64,000 nt of DNA from Promethearchaeota archaeon Loki_b31. GTDB taxonomy: Archaea > Asgardarchaeota > Lokiarchaeia > Sigyniarchaeales > SOKP01. This document shows, piece after piece, positions 49,217 through 59,587 of this stretch. The DNA is taken from assembly GCA_005222975.1 (NCBI GenBank), contig NJBI01000005.1, forward strand, positions 1 to 64,000. Reading direction: 5' to 3'. Within the stretch, counting starts at the first letter, position 1; every line of letters starts with the position of its first letter. The translations under genes and the position numbers were made by a program. The notes under the pieces are model-generated. The model saw nothing but the letters and a program-made list of their open reading frames with translations. It did no database searches and was not told the origin of the DNA.

Positions 49217-49663
49217 TTAATAAGGTGTTTTTAGTGAAGAATGGCAATATGGACATTTGACAGCGTCGGGTTTTATATCTTCTCCGCAGTAGGGACAAAA
49301 TGTCTGATCTTCTTTTTTCTTATCGGTTATTTCCGATGGCGCTTCTTCTTCCTCCTCTTCGGCTCTCTTTTTAGCTTCTATTTTTTTTCCAGCCTTTTTG
49401 AGAACCCTTTCTTTTGTGGTAAGTGGCTCCGTTTCTTCCTCAGGTTTTTTATGTGGTTTTCTTGAAAATTCTACTTTTGCTCGACAAGTAGGACAATAAA
49501 CCTTCTTCTTATTCATGTAGTAAAAGGCAAATACAATACCCGCGATCCCTATTGTTGCAATCGTTACCATCACCCATATTATTTTTTGAAATGTTTCTAT
49601 TGGCTTTCTTACGGCGTGATCGATTTCTTTATCGCAAACTTTACAGTAAATGTACTTTGTCAT
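49217..49663 (-). CDS. LITAF-like membrane zinc-ribbon protein with C-terminal zinc ribbon
   Basis: CKVC-hydrophobic segment-VYCPTC; C-terminal CPYC...CPYC. Confidence 0.72.
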   Translation of the reverse strand: MTKYIYCKVCDKEIDHAVRKPIETFQKIIWVMVTIATIGIAGIVFAFYYMNKKKVYCPTCRAKVEFSRKPHKKPEEETEPLTTKERVLKKAGKKIEAKKRAEEEEEEAPSEITDKKKEDQTFCPYCGEDIKPDAVKCPYCHSSLKTPY

Positions 49664-49848
49664 AATTTTCCACTTATTAATTAAACTATATTAATTTTAA
49701 TAATAGATTAGTTTAATTAAAAAAATTTCCATTATTTTAAGAAGTTCGTTATTTCTTGATTTGAAAAATTATTGCTTTAGTCCTTAATAAAAACTTTTTA
49801 CGCATATATCATTTTAATAGTTATATACTCGTACAGATTTTAAAAAAT

Positions 49849-51180
49849 ATGGAAAAGAATTTATTTTACATAGAAACTTACGGATGTACGTCAAATAAGG
49901 CGGATTCCAACATTATTTCTAATGTTTTATTTAAATCGGGATACACTGAAACAACGCTTGAAGGCGCTGAATTCGTAATTATTAATACATGTGCCGTAAA
50001 GCAACAAACCGAAAATAAAATAAAATCTCGTCTGAAAGAATTGTATAACACATACAAAAAAGAAACAAATAAGTATTTCATCATCGCGGGCTGTTTGCCA
50101 CATATAGCACCAAATTATATTGATGTGGTCAAAAAGATAATCCCAAACTTTTCTGCCATTATTGACTTAGAAAATTTAAACGATCTTCCTTTAATATTTC
50201 AAGATATTAAATCCGGAAAAACTAATCTAGTTTTTAAGTCCAAAAGTTCGATTGATAAATCAACATTTTTGATCGAACACCCTAAAGAAAAAGTTACTGG
50301 AATTTTACCGATTTCGGAAGGATGTTTAGGTTCTTGTACTTATTGCTGCGTAAAAAACGCCAGGGGTCGATTAAATTGCTATAATCCGATAAATATCGTA
50401 GAGAACGTAACACATCAGTTAAAACAAGGAATTAAGCAAATATACTTAACATCTCAGGATTGTAGTACTTACATGTATAATAACACGAGATTAGTCGATT
50501 TAGTTCGAGAAATTGTGCATTTGGATTACAAGTTCTTCTTAAGAATTGGAATGCTAAATCCAAGGTTTATTGTTGATAATTTTGATCAATTAATTTCTAT
50601 ATTCAAATTTGATAAAGTGTACCAATTCTTACATATCCCCATTCAATCTGGAAGCGATCCTGTTCTCAAAAAAATGAATCGTACTTATTTAATTTCAGAT
50701 ATAGCAGAAAAACTCAAGATTTTGAGGAAAGAATTTCCATACATAACCATCTCGACAGATATAATATGTGGGTTTCCTGAAGAGACTGAAGATGATTTTA
50801 CGAAAACAATAGGCTTAATAAAATGGCTGAATCCAGAAATCCTCAACATTTCAAAATTTACTCCACGACCTGGAACAAAAGCTAAAAATATGGAACAAGT
50901 GAATAGTAAGATTATAAAAAAACGGTCCACAATACTTTCTAATGTCTTCCGCGAATCCTTGAGTAAAATAAATACTAACTGGAAAAATTGGGAGGGTGAG
51001 GTTTTAGTCTTACATGAAGGACTTAAACCAAATCAGGTTTTTGGCAGAAATTTTGCTTATAAAAATGTATTTATAGATAATTATGATGACGACATTGGTT
51101 CATTTGTTAATGTTAAAATAGAAAAAGTTGAAGGTTTTAACCTATTTGGAAAAATCGGGAGTAAAAACTCTTTTCGTTAG
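49849..51180 (+). CDS. tRNA methylthiotransferase, MiaB-like (probably archaeal/eukaryotic e-MtaB type)
   Basis: ETYGCTSN, NTCAVK, AGCLP, CLGSCTYC, HIPIQSGS, C-terminal TRAM-like region. Confidence 0.9.
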   Translation: MEKNLFYIETYGCTSNKADSNIISNVLFKSGYTETTLEGAEFVIINTCAVKQQTENKIKSRLKELYNTYKKETNKYFIIAGCLPHIAPNYIDVVKKIIPNFSAIIDLENLNDLPLIFQDIKSGKTNLVFKSKSSIDKSTFLIEHPKEKVTGILPISEGCLGSCTYCCVKNARGRLNCYNPINIVENVTHQLKQGIKQIYLTSQDCSTYMYNNTRLVDLVREIVHLDYKFFLRIGMLNPRFIVDNFDQLISIFKFDKVYQFLHIPIQSGSDPVLKKMNRTYLISDIAEKLKILRKEFPYITISTDIICGFPEETEDDFTKTIGLIKWLNPEILNISKFTPRPGTKAKNMEQVNSKIIKKRSTILSNVFRESLSKINTNWKNWEGEVLVLHEGLKPNQVFGRNFAYKNVFIDNYDDDIGSFVNVKIEKVEGFNLFGKIGSKNSFR

Positions 51181-51995
51181 TGATGTTTTATTTAATTTGA
51201 GTAGTTTCGCCTCAAAAGGTTCGCAATAATCGTGGTCTACCCATATACGCGTTCTACCTTCAGATAATGCTTTTTTGATAACACTCCAATTTGGATCCTT
51301 TAATTCCTCTGGATTAAGAAGAAGTTCAGTCCAACGTGTTGCCCATTCTTTAAGGGGATTGTGAATATCGGTTCCTGTCGATAAAAATATCGGTCTTGGT
51401 AATTGATTGTTTTCTTTAAGCCTTTCTAACCAGTGAACTGTTTTGGGGTCGTACCACCGCATTTCGTTATTGATTTCAAACCCATCCACGCCCCATTCTA
51501 AAAGTTGCTGCCTTGTAGGATGAGTATATTTTCCTTTTCGAAGCTTGGTTGGTCCATTGTCCATGTAATGTGATCTACTTGAACAATTGCGCCCATTTCC
51601 TTTGCTCTCTTTATAGCAGACTTAATTTGATCATCAGTTGGATTAAATTTAATTTTCCCTGGGAAGTCCTCAATACCTAAAAAATTGAGATGGATACGGA
51701 GGGTAGTCCACTCGAATCCGGGAATAATAACAATTTCAGGATATTTATCTTGGAGTTCTAAAATGTACTTATTGTTTTTACCAGTATTGTGATCAGTTAG
51801 AACAAAAGCGTTAAATCCATTTGCTATATGCCACATAATACATTGTTCTGGAGTCATCCAACCATCGCTGGCTGTTGAATGCGCGTGAGTATCAAGAAAG
51901 AAGCCCTTTTCCGGTAAAATATCTGATTTTCTTTTATAATCAAACACATAATCGGGAATTTTACCTTTCAAATTCGAATAAATACCTTGCTTCAT
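51142..51995 (-). pseudogene. PHP-domain phosphoesterase split by a single frameshift (or a sequencing error)
   Basis: DTHAHSTASDG, LTDHN, GFEWT, VDH in one frame, then GVDGFEI and GTDIH in the next; the shift is near 51545. Confidence 0.8.
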
Positions 51996-52111
51996 GTGAT
52001 AGAAATATGTATTAAATTGATTAAATTCTTTTTGTAACTAAAAGGAGTTTAAAAAAAGGTTTATAAATGCTATTTTAAACCTTATTTCATTAAAAAAATT
52101 ATTAATATAAT

Positions 52112-52999
52112 TTATTTAAACCCGTTTTTTTCTAAAAATGCTGTTAATCTGGCACGGTGAAACTTCAAACCAAGCTCGTCGGGGTTCATTCCAAAAGATA
52201 AAGCGAATAACTCAGTTAAATATAGGATTGGTATCTTAAATTCGTTATTAGATTGAGTTCCTGCTTTCTTTTGGTTGGTATCCATTTGTTGGAAACAAGC
52301 AGGGCAAATAACGACAAATACATCAGCCCCAGCTTTTACTGCGCTAGAAAATTTATTTGCTAACAGTTGCATCGATGGCGCTTCTTCAGCGTTACCAACG
52401 CCAGACCCACAACAGAGCATCTCTTCGACGTAATCTATTGGTGTCGCTCCTGTCGCAGCTACTAGTTCTCTTAATTTCACAGGTTCCATTGGGTCGTCAG
52501 TTTGAACAATTTCAGAAGGTCTATTATAGTGACATCCTGTGTGGCACGCAACTTTTAACCCTGAAAAATCGTGAGTAACAAATTCTTTTATTTTCTCGGG
52601 ACCGTAATCGTGTAAGACCTCTACAAAATGCTTTACGTTAATTGAACCCTTGAATTCTTTTCCAATTCCTTTTAAAATTTTGTTTATCTTTTCCTTTTCG
52701 TGTTCGTTGTTGTTTAACTCTACATTCACAAGTTTAAGGGTTTGAAAACAACCATTACATAGTGAAACGATATCTTTTCCTTCGGCTTCGGCAAGCGTTA
52801 GGTTACGAGCACCCATTGCCAACCAACTTGTATGGTCAACTGAATTAAAACCAACTGGATCGGGACAACACGCAAAAGCAGCGTCGGAAGTTTTTATTCC
52901 TAGTTTATCAAATACTTTACGGGCGCTAGCTTCTATGAACGGAATTCTGTTGCCAATAGTGCAACCAGGAAACAGTTTATATTCTTCAACTTTTGCCAT
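52112..52999 (-). CDS. hdrB: Heterodisulfide reductase subunit B
   Basis: FPGC, CCPDP, CNGC, HTGCH, CCGSG, CPAC. Confidence 0.92.
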   Translation of the reverse strand: MAKVEEYKLFPGCTIGNRIPFIEASARKVFDKLGIKTSDAAFACCPDPVGFNSVDHTSWLAMGARNLTLAEAEGKDIVSLCNGCFQTLKLVNVELNNNEHEKEKINKILKGIGKEFKGSINVKHFVEVLHDYGPEKIKEFVTHDFSGLKVACHTGCHYNRPSEIVQTDDPMEPVKLRELVAATGATPIDYVEEMLCCGSGVGNAEEAPSMQLLANKFSSAVKAGADVFVVICPACFQQMDTNQKKAGTQSNNEFKIPILYLTELFALSFGMNPDELGLKFHRARLTAFLEKNGFK

Positions 53000-53015
53000 A
53001 ATAAATTCTCTTTTC

Positions 53016-53513
53016 TTATTTATTTATAATTTTATTTAATTTAGTTTCATTTAATATTGTTTTGACTTCTTCAATGTTTGGTGTTTCAACTTTAGGAAGT
53101 CCTAATTGTTCTCTTCTTCTTTCAATTGCGGGTTGAGGTGGGATTGCTTTGCCACTATCGTAAATTGCTGAAGCTTGAATCGTATAGTATTCCGGTCCTT
53201 CACCCATAGCAATTGACATATTTTTTAGTACAGTAAAAACGCCAGTTAATTCAATTTTTTGAGGACATATCTCGTCACATGTGTCGCACATAGTGCAACC
53301 CCATATATTAAAACTATCGTCCCCTCCAAATATGTTTCCTCTCAATCCCAGAAAAGAATTTAAGATTAAATTTCGAGGGTTATATCTATTTGGTGCGAGA
53401 TCCGCAACCGGACAAACATCTGTGCAACGATTGCATTGATAGCAATATTTTAAAGCGTCGTGAATGTGAGCATCCATTATCCTCTTTTTTAATTCGTAAT
53501 CAATCATTACCAT
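53016..53513 (-). CDS. hdrC: Heterodisulfide reductase subunit C
   Basis: CYQCNRCTDVCP and CTMCDTCDEICP; adjacent to hdrB. Confidence 0.92.
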   Translation of the reverse strand: MVMIDYELKKRIMDAHIHDALKYCYQCNRCTDVCPVADLAPNRYNPRNLILNSFLGLRGNIFGGDDSFNIWGCTMCDTCDEICPQKIELTGVFTVLKNMSIAMGEGPEYYTIQASAIYDSGKAIPPQPAIERRREQLGLPKVETPNIEEVKTILNETKLNKIINK

Positions 53514-54916
53514 TATTCTTCTTCCTCAATTTTATCGTGATATTTATGACCTAAAACGCTATCTGCTAAAGTAAATCTATTAAACAATCCTGCTGGATCT
53601 TTTATCGCTATCGTTACCTCGTCGACATCGCGGTCGGCACAGAGAGAACCTAAAGCACTAATAAATTTTAGACCTTGATCTTCTACTCCCACTGGAGGGC
53701 CATAACATCCTAAGCAAGGTGCGTTCCCTTTATTTGGACAAATTGCACCGCAACCGGCTTGTGTTACAGGTCCCAAACATATATAACCTTGCTCTAAAAA
53801 ACATGTATCCATGGAGGGTAATCCTTCATAGTCTCTTTTCAATTCAGTTGGAACTTTATCAGCGACTTCTCTATCGCAATGGCTACAAACCGTTTTAGAA
53901 CTGAACTTAAAATACGGATCGTTCTTTAATAGGAACAATGAAGTTCCAACGATTTCATCGATAGTATTAGTCCCAGTTGGATTGACATCTAAAATTAGTT
54001 TTGGACCTTTCTCAGTTTCAATTTCCTTTACTTTGAAACTGTCGGGTTCGTAAGCTAATCGCTGCAATAAATCTCCCCTAAAATAAAAGTTGGTAATATT
54101 TGACGCGCCTAAGTACAGATTAAGAAAATGCTGTAAACTAGCTCCTGTTTCAGCGTCTAATTCTTCCACACCATCTAATATCTGTTTTAATTGCTTAGAC
54201 TTCTCACCCGGTTTATTTGTGGGCTTAAAGCAACCAAAACATATATCTCCTTCGTGGGGGCACATTAATTCGCATCCTGCAGCTGTAATTGGTCCATAAC
54301 ACAATTTACCCTTATCTAGAAAACAGCCTTCTTTGAAAAGGTCGCAATTTTCGCATACACACTTATTCTTGTCAAGAGAACTTGGGCCCTCGCCCACTAA
54401 TGTAAACAAATATGTTATCGCAGCTACTATGTTATCCGTCGTTGGTGGGCATCCAGGGATAAATACATCTACATCAATTATATCTTTTACGTTAACAATA
54501 AATTCCTCAATTCCAGGTACATGTTGGTCTGGCTCCTTTGGATTTTCATCAGTAATAGATTCGGTTTCCATAAATTTTCTTTTTGTTAATTCGTCTTTAT
54601 CAAACAAATTTGCTAAACCTGCTACGCTTCCATAACAAGCGCAAGTCCCAAAAGCAACTATTATACTGCATTTCTTTCTCATCAATTTAATATTGGCTGT
54701 ATCTTGTTTAGTTCTAGCTATACCTTCTAAGAATCCAACAACAATACTTCCATCTTTCCTTGCTTTCAATGAATCGTGCTTGAAATCAACTACAGCCGGC
54801 CAATAGACGATATCTAAATTAGGCAGAATATTGAGTAGTCCTAGATGGGCGTTCAATAAACTCTGATGACAACCCCAACACGAACTTAACTGCATAAACG
54901 CAACGGATACAGGCAT
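53513..54916 (-). CDS. mvhG: F420-non-reducing hydrogenase small-subunit-like protein (MvhG/VhuG) with duplicated distal Fe-S domain
   Basis: SSCWGC, EG, FGTCACYG, IPGCPP, then two CxxC...C.L..G..C.GP.T.AGC...CP....C.GC blocks. Confidence 0.8.
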   Translation of the reverse strand: MPVSVAFMQLSSCWGCHQSLLNAHLGLLNILPNLDIVYWPAVVDFKHDSLKARKDGSIVVGFLEGIARTKQDTANIKLMRKKCSIIVAFGTCACYGSVAGLANLFDKDELTKRKFMETESITDENPKEPDQHVPGIEEFIVNVKDIIDVDVFIPGCPPTTDNIVAAITYLFTLVGEGPSSLDKNKCVCENCDLFKEGCFLDKGKLCYGPITAAGCELMCPHEGDICFGCFKPTNKPGEKSKQLKQILDGVEELDAETGASLQHFLNLYLGASNITNFYFRGDLLQRLAYEPDSFKVKEIETEKGPKLILDVNPTGTNTIDEIVGTSLFLLKNDPYFKFSSKTVCSHCDREVADKVPTELKRDYEGLPSMDTCFLEQGYICLGPVTQAGCGAICPNKGNAPCLGCYGPPVGVEDQGLKFISALGSLCADRDVDEVTIAIKDPAGLFNRFTLADSVLGHKYHDKIEEEE

Positions 54917-55112
54917 TCTTATAATTTCCTCAATACAATCATATATCTTATTTTATATATTAATTATATTGGTTTAATGCAAAATTTATTAAAAAATTTG
55001 GTAAATCAAATTTTAGTTTAATCTCTTTTATTTACTTCTGAAATTAGAAGAAATCTTTTTCTAATACATGTATTAAAAGAAAACCCAAAAGATGTTTTTT
55101 TTTCAGTTATTA

Positions 55113-56696
55113 CTAAAATGTATATTTTTTTCCTTTTTCAGGCAAAATTACTTTTCCAGATAATCCAAATTCTTGAAACGTTTCGGGATGTTCCGTATGT
55201 ACTGGTATTATATTTTCGGCATCAATTTTTTGAAGAAAATCTATTAAGTCATCTACGTTGCAATGCCCTGATGAATGAACTGTTTTAGTTTTTGATATTC
55301 CGAATCTTTGTAGCCACATATCTAACTTTTCTTCTTTTATGATCATCTCGTCATTAAATGGGTCAGTAACAGAGTTTAGAAATAAAGTTTTACCAGGTTT
55401 CTGATCTAAATCGATTAATTCGCTCAGCATAAAATAATCAAGATAGAGTAAATATTTTTCAGGTTCTTTTTTAACATCCTTGTATGTAACATAGTTACCA
55501 ATTTTAAGGATATCTTTTTGATATCCTTTATAATCTGCGGATTCGAATTTGCCCCAACCTTTTCGTGGTAGATATATAACGAAGTTTTTATCACTAAAAT
55601 CAGGAAGATCATAATTGTCATAATATTGTTTTATAATACTTTCTTCCATATTATCAAGTCTCATTCTAAAGCAATCGATTAAGTGAAATATTTTGGGGGT
55701 AATCGCGAATCTTCGATTGAACTTTTTTGCAAGTGAATAATATAATAAAATTCTATCGAGACTTCTAGAAGGACATCTCACAAGAATTAACCCCGGATGA
55801 CTCCTAATAGTTTCTCTTGAGTGAACTTCTACATCGCTTTCAGATTGTTCATCACTACGATATTTGCCTTTCCTAAAATCTTCAATATTCGGAACTCTTG
55901 TACCTTCAGTAATAATTGCTATTGGATTGGATTCACAAGCTTGTTTAATAAAATCATTTACCCAAACACTATGAGATCCATGCCGTCTAAAATCGCCTGT
56001 GTAAATGACACTTCTCCCATCGCACTCAATAATATAGGAACAAGCACCTGGAATTGAATGGTCTGTTTGAAACTGAGTGATATTGATCTCGCCTTGAGAC
56101 GATTTAAATGACAAAGGTATGCCTTCTTTTATAATCTTAATTGGTCTCTTAATTTCTGATTGATTGTAATCCGGTTTGGTCGCTCTCTTATATTCAATTT
56201 CACTATCCTTACGTTGTCTTTTCTTTGGTACGATTTTAAAAATTTCATAAAAATTTAAAACTTCATGTATGAGAGGGTCAATTGAAGTGCTTGTAAGATG
56301 TTCGATTATCGTATTTGATATCCAGTTCATATAGATTGGTGTTTTTTGTTTGAGAAAACATATGAATTTGTAGTGGTCCATATGTGCGTGCGTAAGAAAA
56401 AAGGCATCAACAATATTTTCATTAGTAGTAATAATTTTATATGGTTCTGAATTCAAAATATCCGAAAATGGAGTAATTAGATCGTTTCGGTATAATTTAT
56501 TAATGGAGGGTATAAGACCTAAGTACAAATAATCAATAATTCCATTTAATTTGCGTGGATTTAGGAATTCTGAAAAATATTTTTGATTTTCACTAAAAGA
56601 AAGACCAAAGTCAAAGAGAAACTTTTTATCTCCAATATTAATGAAGATTTTATTTCCTCCAATTTCTTTAATTCCACCAAAAATTTCAAGATTCAT
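55113..56696 (-). CDS. Metallo-beta-lactamase fold hydrolase, RNase J-like
   Basis: GGIKEIGGN, THAHMDH, DHSIPG, YTGDFR, HSSGH, PVHTE. Confidence 0.85.
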   Translation of the reverse strand: MNLEIFGGIKEIGGNKIFINIGDKKFLFDFGLSFSENQKYFSEFLNPRKLNGIIDYLYLGLIPSINKLYRNDLITPFSDILNSEPYKIITTNENIVDAFFLTHAHMDHYKFICFLKQKTPIYMNWISNTIIEHLTSTSIDPLIHEVLNFYEIFKIVPKKRQRKDSEIEYKRATKPDYNQSEIKRPIKIIKEGIPLSFKSSQGEINITQFQTDHSIPGACSYIIECDGRSVIYTGDFRRHGSHSVWVNDFIKQACESNPIAIITEGTRVPNIEDFRKGKYRSDEQSESDVEVHSRETIRSHPGLILVRCPSRSLDRILLYYSLAKKFNRRFAITPKIFHLIDCFRMRLDNMEESIIKQYYDNYDLPDFSDKNFVIYLPRKGWGKFESADYKGYQKDILKIGNYVTYKDVKKEPEKYLLYLDYFMLSELIDLDQKPGKTLFLNSVTDPFNDEMIIKEEKLDMWLQRFGISKTKTVHSSGHCNVDDLIDFLQKIDAENIIPVHTEHPETFQEFGLSGKVILPEKGKKYTF

Positions 56697-56929
56697 TTTT
56701 ACATTATGGATAAATCAATTGTAGATATAAATATAATAACCCTAAATAGAATCATAAAACAATTGAGATATAAACCTTTACTTTATGATTTCATTTAATA
56801 TTAATTAGATTCTTTTGTATAATTAAACAGAGAATTTTTTTTAAATCTTTTTTGTTTTTCCATTATTGAATTAACTAAATATAATATTAAAATTACTAAA
56901 TTTAATAAAAAAATAAAAGAAAGGATTAT

Positions 56930-57532
56930 TTAATCGAAATTCGTTCCACATTAGTTGCAGAAATTGGCTTTAATAGGCAATTTCTCGCCACAGTTTGGGC
57001 AGAATTTGCTATCAAGGTTTTCCATGATAGAATCATTGCTTTTTGTTTTTTATGTAGAGACTTATTTTTCCCCTTTCTTAGGTTTCTTTATTTTGTATCG
57101 ACCAATAACAGCAAGGATAGTTCCAGTAAACGCAAACCCTGAATTGTATGTAAACAAGCTGTACATTTGATCCAAAATTGTTTGAACGGCAGAACTGACG
57201 GCAATACCCGAGTATCCCAAGATCCAAATACCTACGTAAAAGACTAACCCTAACATTCCAAAACTCGTGGCAACCGTAATGATAATTCTACCTAATCCAA
57301 TTTGGTTTATCATTATCAAGATAGCTCCTACGATAACAGAATATCCCCCAAAAAAAGCAATGTACTCTAAAACAATTAGTATTACGGAAACCAATGGCAT
57401 AAATTCTGGACTAATATACGAAGATACAAGATCAGCCAAATAGACCTAAAACTCGGCGCTCCCAATTGCTGAACCTATAATCATTAAAATCCCACCAAGA
57501 AAACACAATAAAATCCATATTAAATTTTTCAT
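56930..57532 (-). pseudogene. Membrane protein with C-terminal zinc ribbon, carrying four in-frame stops
   Basis: One continuous frame: MKNLIW...SAEF*VYLADL...KGEK*VST*KTKSNDSIMENLDSKFCPNCGEKLPIKANFCN*CGTNFD*. Confidence 0.7.
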
Positions 57533-57610
57533 TAATCCCACTTTTTTAAAAAAATTTTTTTATTTAGATATCAATAAGATAAAAATTAAAGTTTGAGTTT
57601 TTATATCACA

Positions 57611-58420
57611 CTAAATTTTAATTCTTTTGGGGTGAGTATAAATATTCATCGTACCACCCCTGACAAAGCCAATTAAAGTAATTCCATAGGAAAAAGCTAA
57701 TCTTATGCCAGATTCAATAGCGGCAGATAGTGAAGCAACAATAGGTATTTGCGCTCTTACAGCTTTCAGAACCGAGTCACCCGTTAACCTACCGGTTGAG
57801 GTTAAAATTTTATTGTTGAACGATTCTCCTTTCAATAGCATATACCCAATAACTTTATCTATTGCGTTGTGCCTTCCTATATCTTCTTTGACAGTTATTA
57901 GGTTTCCCTTCATATCAAAGATTGCAGCTCCGTGACAACCGCCTGTCTCTCTAAATAGTTTTGTTTCTTGTTGCATCTTAACGATAGTCGAAAAAATCAC
58001 TTCTTGGCTTATTGTCTCTTGTTTTTTAAGATCAAATGTTGCATTGGTCTCCTTCAATTTCTCTTTAATTAAATTGCGCCAAGGCGAGGGAATTCCACAT
58101 GTAGTATCAATCACTCTACTAACGGGATTCACGTCTAAAATTTTTGAACTGAAATTTATAGTCTCTACTAAGTCAACGTAAACCCGTTCTTCTATATTAT
58201 CAATCTTGATAGCTTTAATATCTTCTATACAATTTATGATTCCTATAGAATACAAGAATCCTGTAGCCAAATCCTTTATGTCTTTATTTAAACATATTAT
58301 ATTCACTAAAGGTTCTGAATTTACAATAATATCGATTGGGCTCTCTATTAGAACTACATCTATCTCTTCGATTCTTTGATCCTTGCGAATTCTAGTAATA
58401 TTTACCTTTCTTTGAAACAT
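57611..58420 (-). CDS. fdhD: Formate dehydrogenase accessory sulfurtransferase FdhD
   Basis: TTCG, TGGCHGAA, EDIGRHNAIDKVIG, STGR, GFVRG. Confidence 0.93.
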   Translation of the reverse strand: MFQRKVNITRIRKDQRIEEIDVVLIESPIDIIVNSEPLVNIICLNKDIKDLATGFLYSIGIINCIEDIKAIKIDNIEERVYVDLVETINFSSKILDVNPVSRVIDTTCGIPSPWRNLIKEKLKETNATFDLKKQETISQEVIFSTIVKMQQETKLFRETGGCHGAAIFDMKGNLITVKEDIGRHNAIDKVIGYMLLKGESFNNKILTSTGRLTGDSVLKAVRAQIPIVASLSAAIESGIRLAFSYGITLIGFVRGGTMNIYTHPKRIKI

Positions 58421-58680
58421 CTACCATTCCCTTTTCTTGATTAAGTTAATATTTAAAGAAGGTTTAAATATATTTTAATTACTTAGCTAATAAAATAAAC
58501 TTCTATTTATTATAAATCTATTACATAGCAATTTTAAACGATTTAGATTGATTGAAATGGATTATAATACTTTCGAGCAAATTTCGAATACTTTAGAATT
58601 AAAAAAATGTTGACAACAATAATAAGGAAAAATTGACTCTTACCTTTGATTTAAATATTACAAACTCCTTATAAAACTAG

Positions 58681-59124
58681 ATGAAGAGACCTATATATAA
58701 AACCATATCCTTTCAAGAGTTGAAACAAGGTACGAATGATGTTTTTAAGCAATATGATGAAATTCAATTAGCATATCTTTATGGCTCATATGCTAACGCA
58801 ACTCAAACGGAATTTAGTGATATTGATATAGGAATTGTTTTAACAGAAAGTTTTAAAGAATCTGCTTTATACTTTGCTGAATTAAGCGTGAAGATTGAAA
58901 AAAGTTTAAATTTCCAAATTAATATAGATTTAAGAATTTTAAATGAAGCAACACCTCGATTTTTATTTCAAGTAATCAAAAATAATAAAATTCTATATTG
59001 CAAGAATAAAACTTTTATGTATGAGTTTGAACTTAAGGTTATGTATGAGTATCAAGATATTAAACCAATGTTAGACATGTACGATAAGATTTCAGTAATG
59101 GAGGTATTTAATGATGAAAATTGA
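58681..59124 (+). CDS. mntA: MntA-type minimal nucleotidyltransferase antitoxin
   Basis: YLYGSYA...SDIDIG (GSx10DxD). Confidence 0.88.
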   Translation: MKRPIYKTISFQELKQGTNDVFKQYDEIQLAYLYGSYANATQTEFSDIDIGIVLTESFKESALYFAELSVKIEKSLNFQINIDLRILNEATPRFLFQVIKNNKILYCKNKTFMYEFELKVMYEYQDIKPMLDMYDKISVMEVFNDEN

Positions 59125-59554
59125 TCGTGATGTTCTTTTAACTAGATTTAAAAAAATGGACAATTTAATTCAAAATTTAAAAGAAATAAAGAAAAAACCC
59201 AAAGATGAATTCCTCTCTAATTACCTCCTTTATTTAAGCACTCAAAGAGCCTTAGAAATGTGTATTAATATTTGTATCGATGTCGGAAATCATATTCTTT
59301 CAATGAATAAGAACGGGAAACCAGAAACTTATGGTGATATTTTTACTGAGTTATCGAAACTAGGTTTAATAGACAAAGAATTGAAAGAAATTCTTATAAA
59401 AATGGTAAAGTTCCGTAACCTATTAGGTCATTTGTATATGGAAATAAGCAATGAAAAAATATATGAAATTCTCCAAGAAAATCTTGATGATTTCAATCTT
59501 TTTAAAAAAGAGATATATTCGAAATTTAAAGAACAACTATTAAATGAAAAGTAA
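59111..59554 (+). CDS. hepT: HepT/DUF86 HEPN RNase toxin
   Basis: FRNLLGHLY (Rx4HxY); overlaps mntA. Confidence 0.88.
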   Translation: MMKIDRDVLLTRFKKMDNLIQNLKEIKKKPKDEFLSNYLLYLSTQRALEMCINICIDVGNHILSMNKNGKPETYGDIFTELSKLGLIDKELKEILIKMVKFRNLLGHLYMEISNEKIYEILQENLDDFNLFKKEIYSKFKEQLLNEK

Positions 59555-59587
59555 AAATATATTAAAAGTAATTAGAAACGATAATTT

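Noticed and set aside
57446-57448. TAG as pyrrolysine
   Set aside because: The same frame also has TAA stops, and no pyl genes or methylamine methyltransferase context are present.
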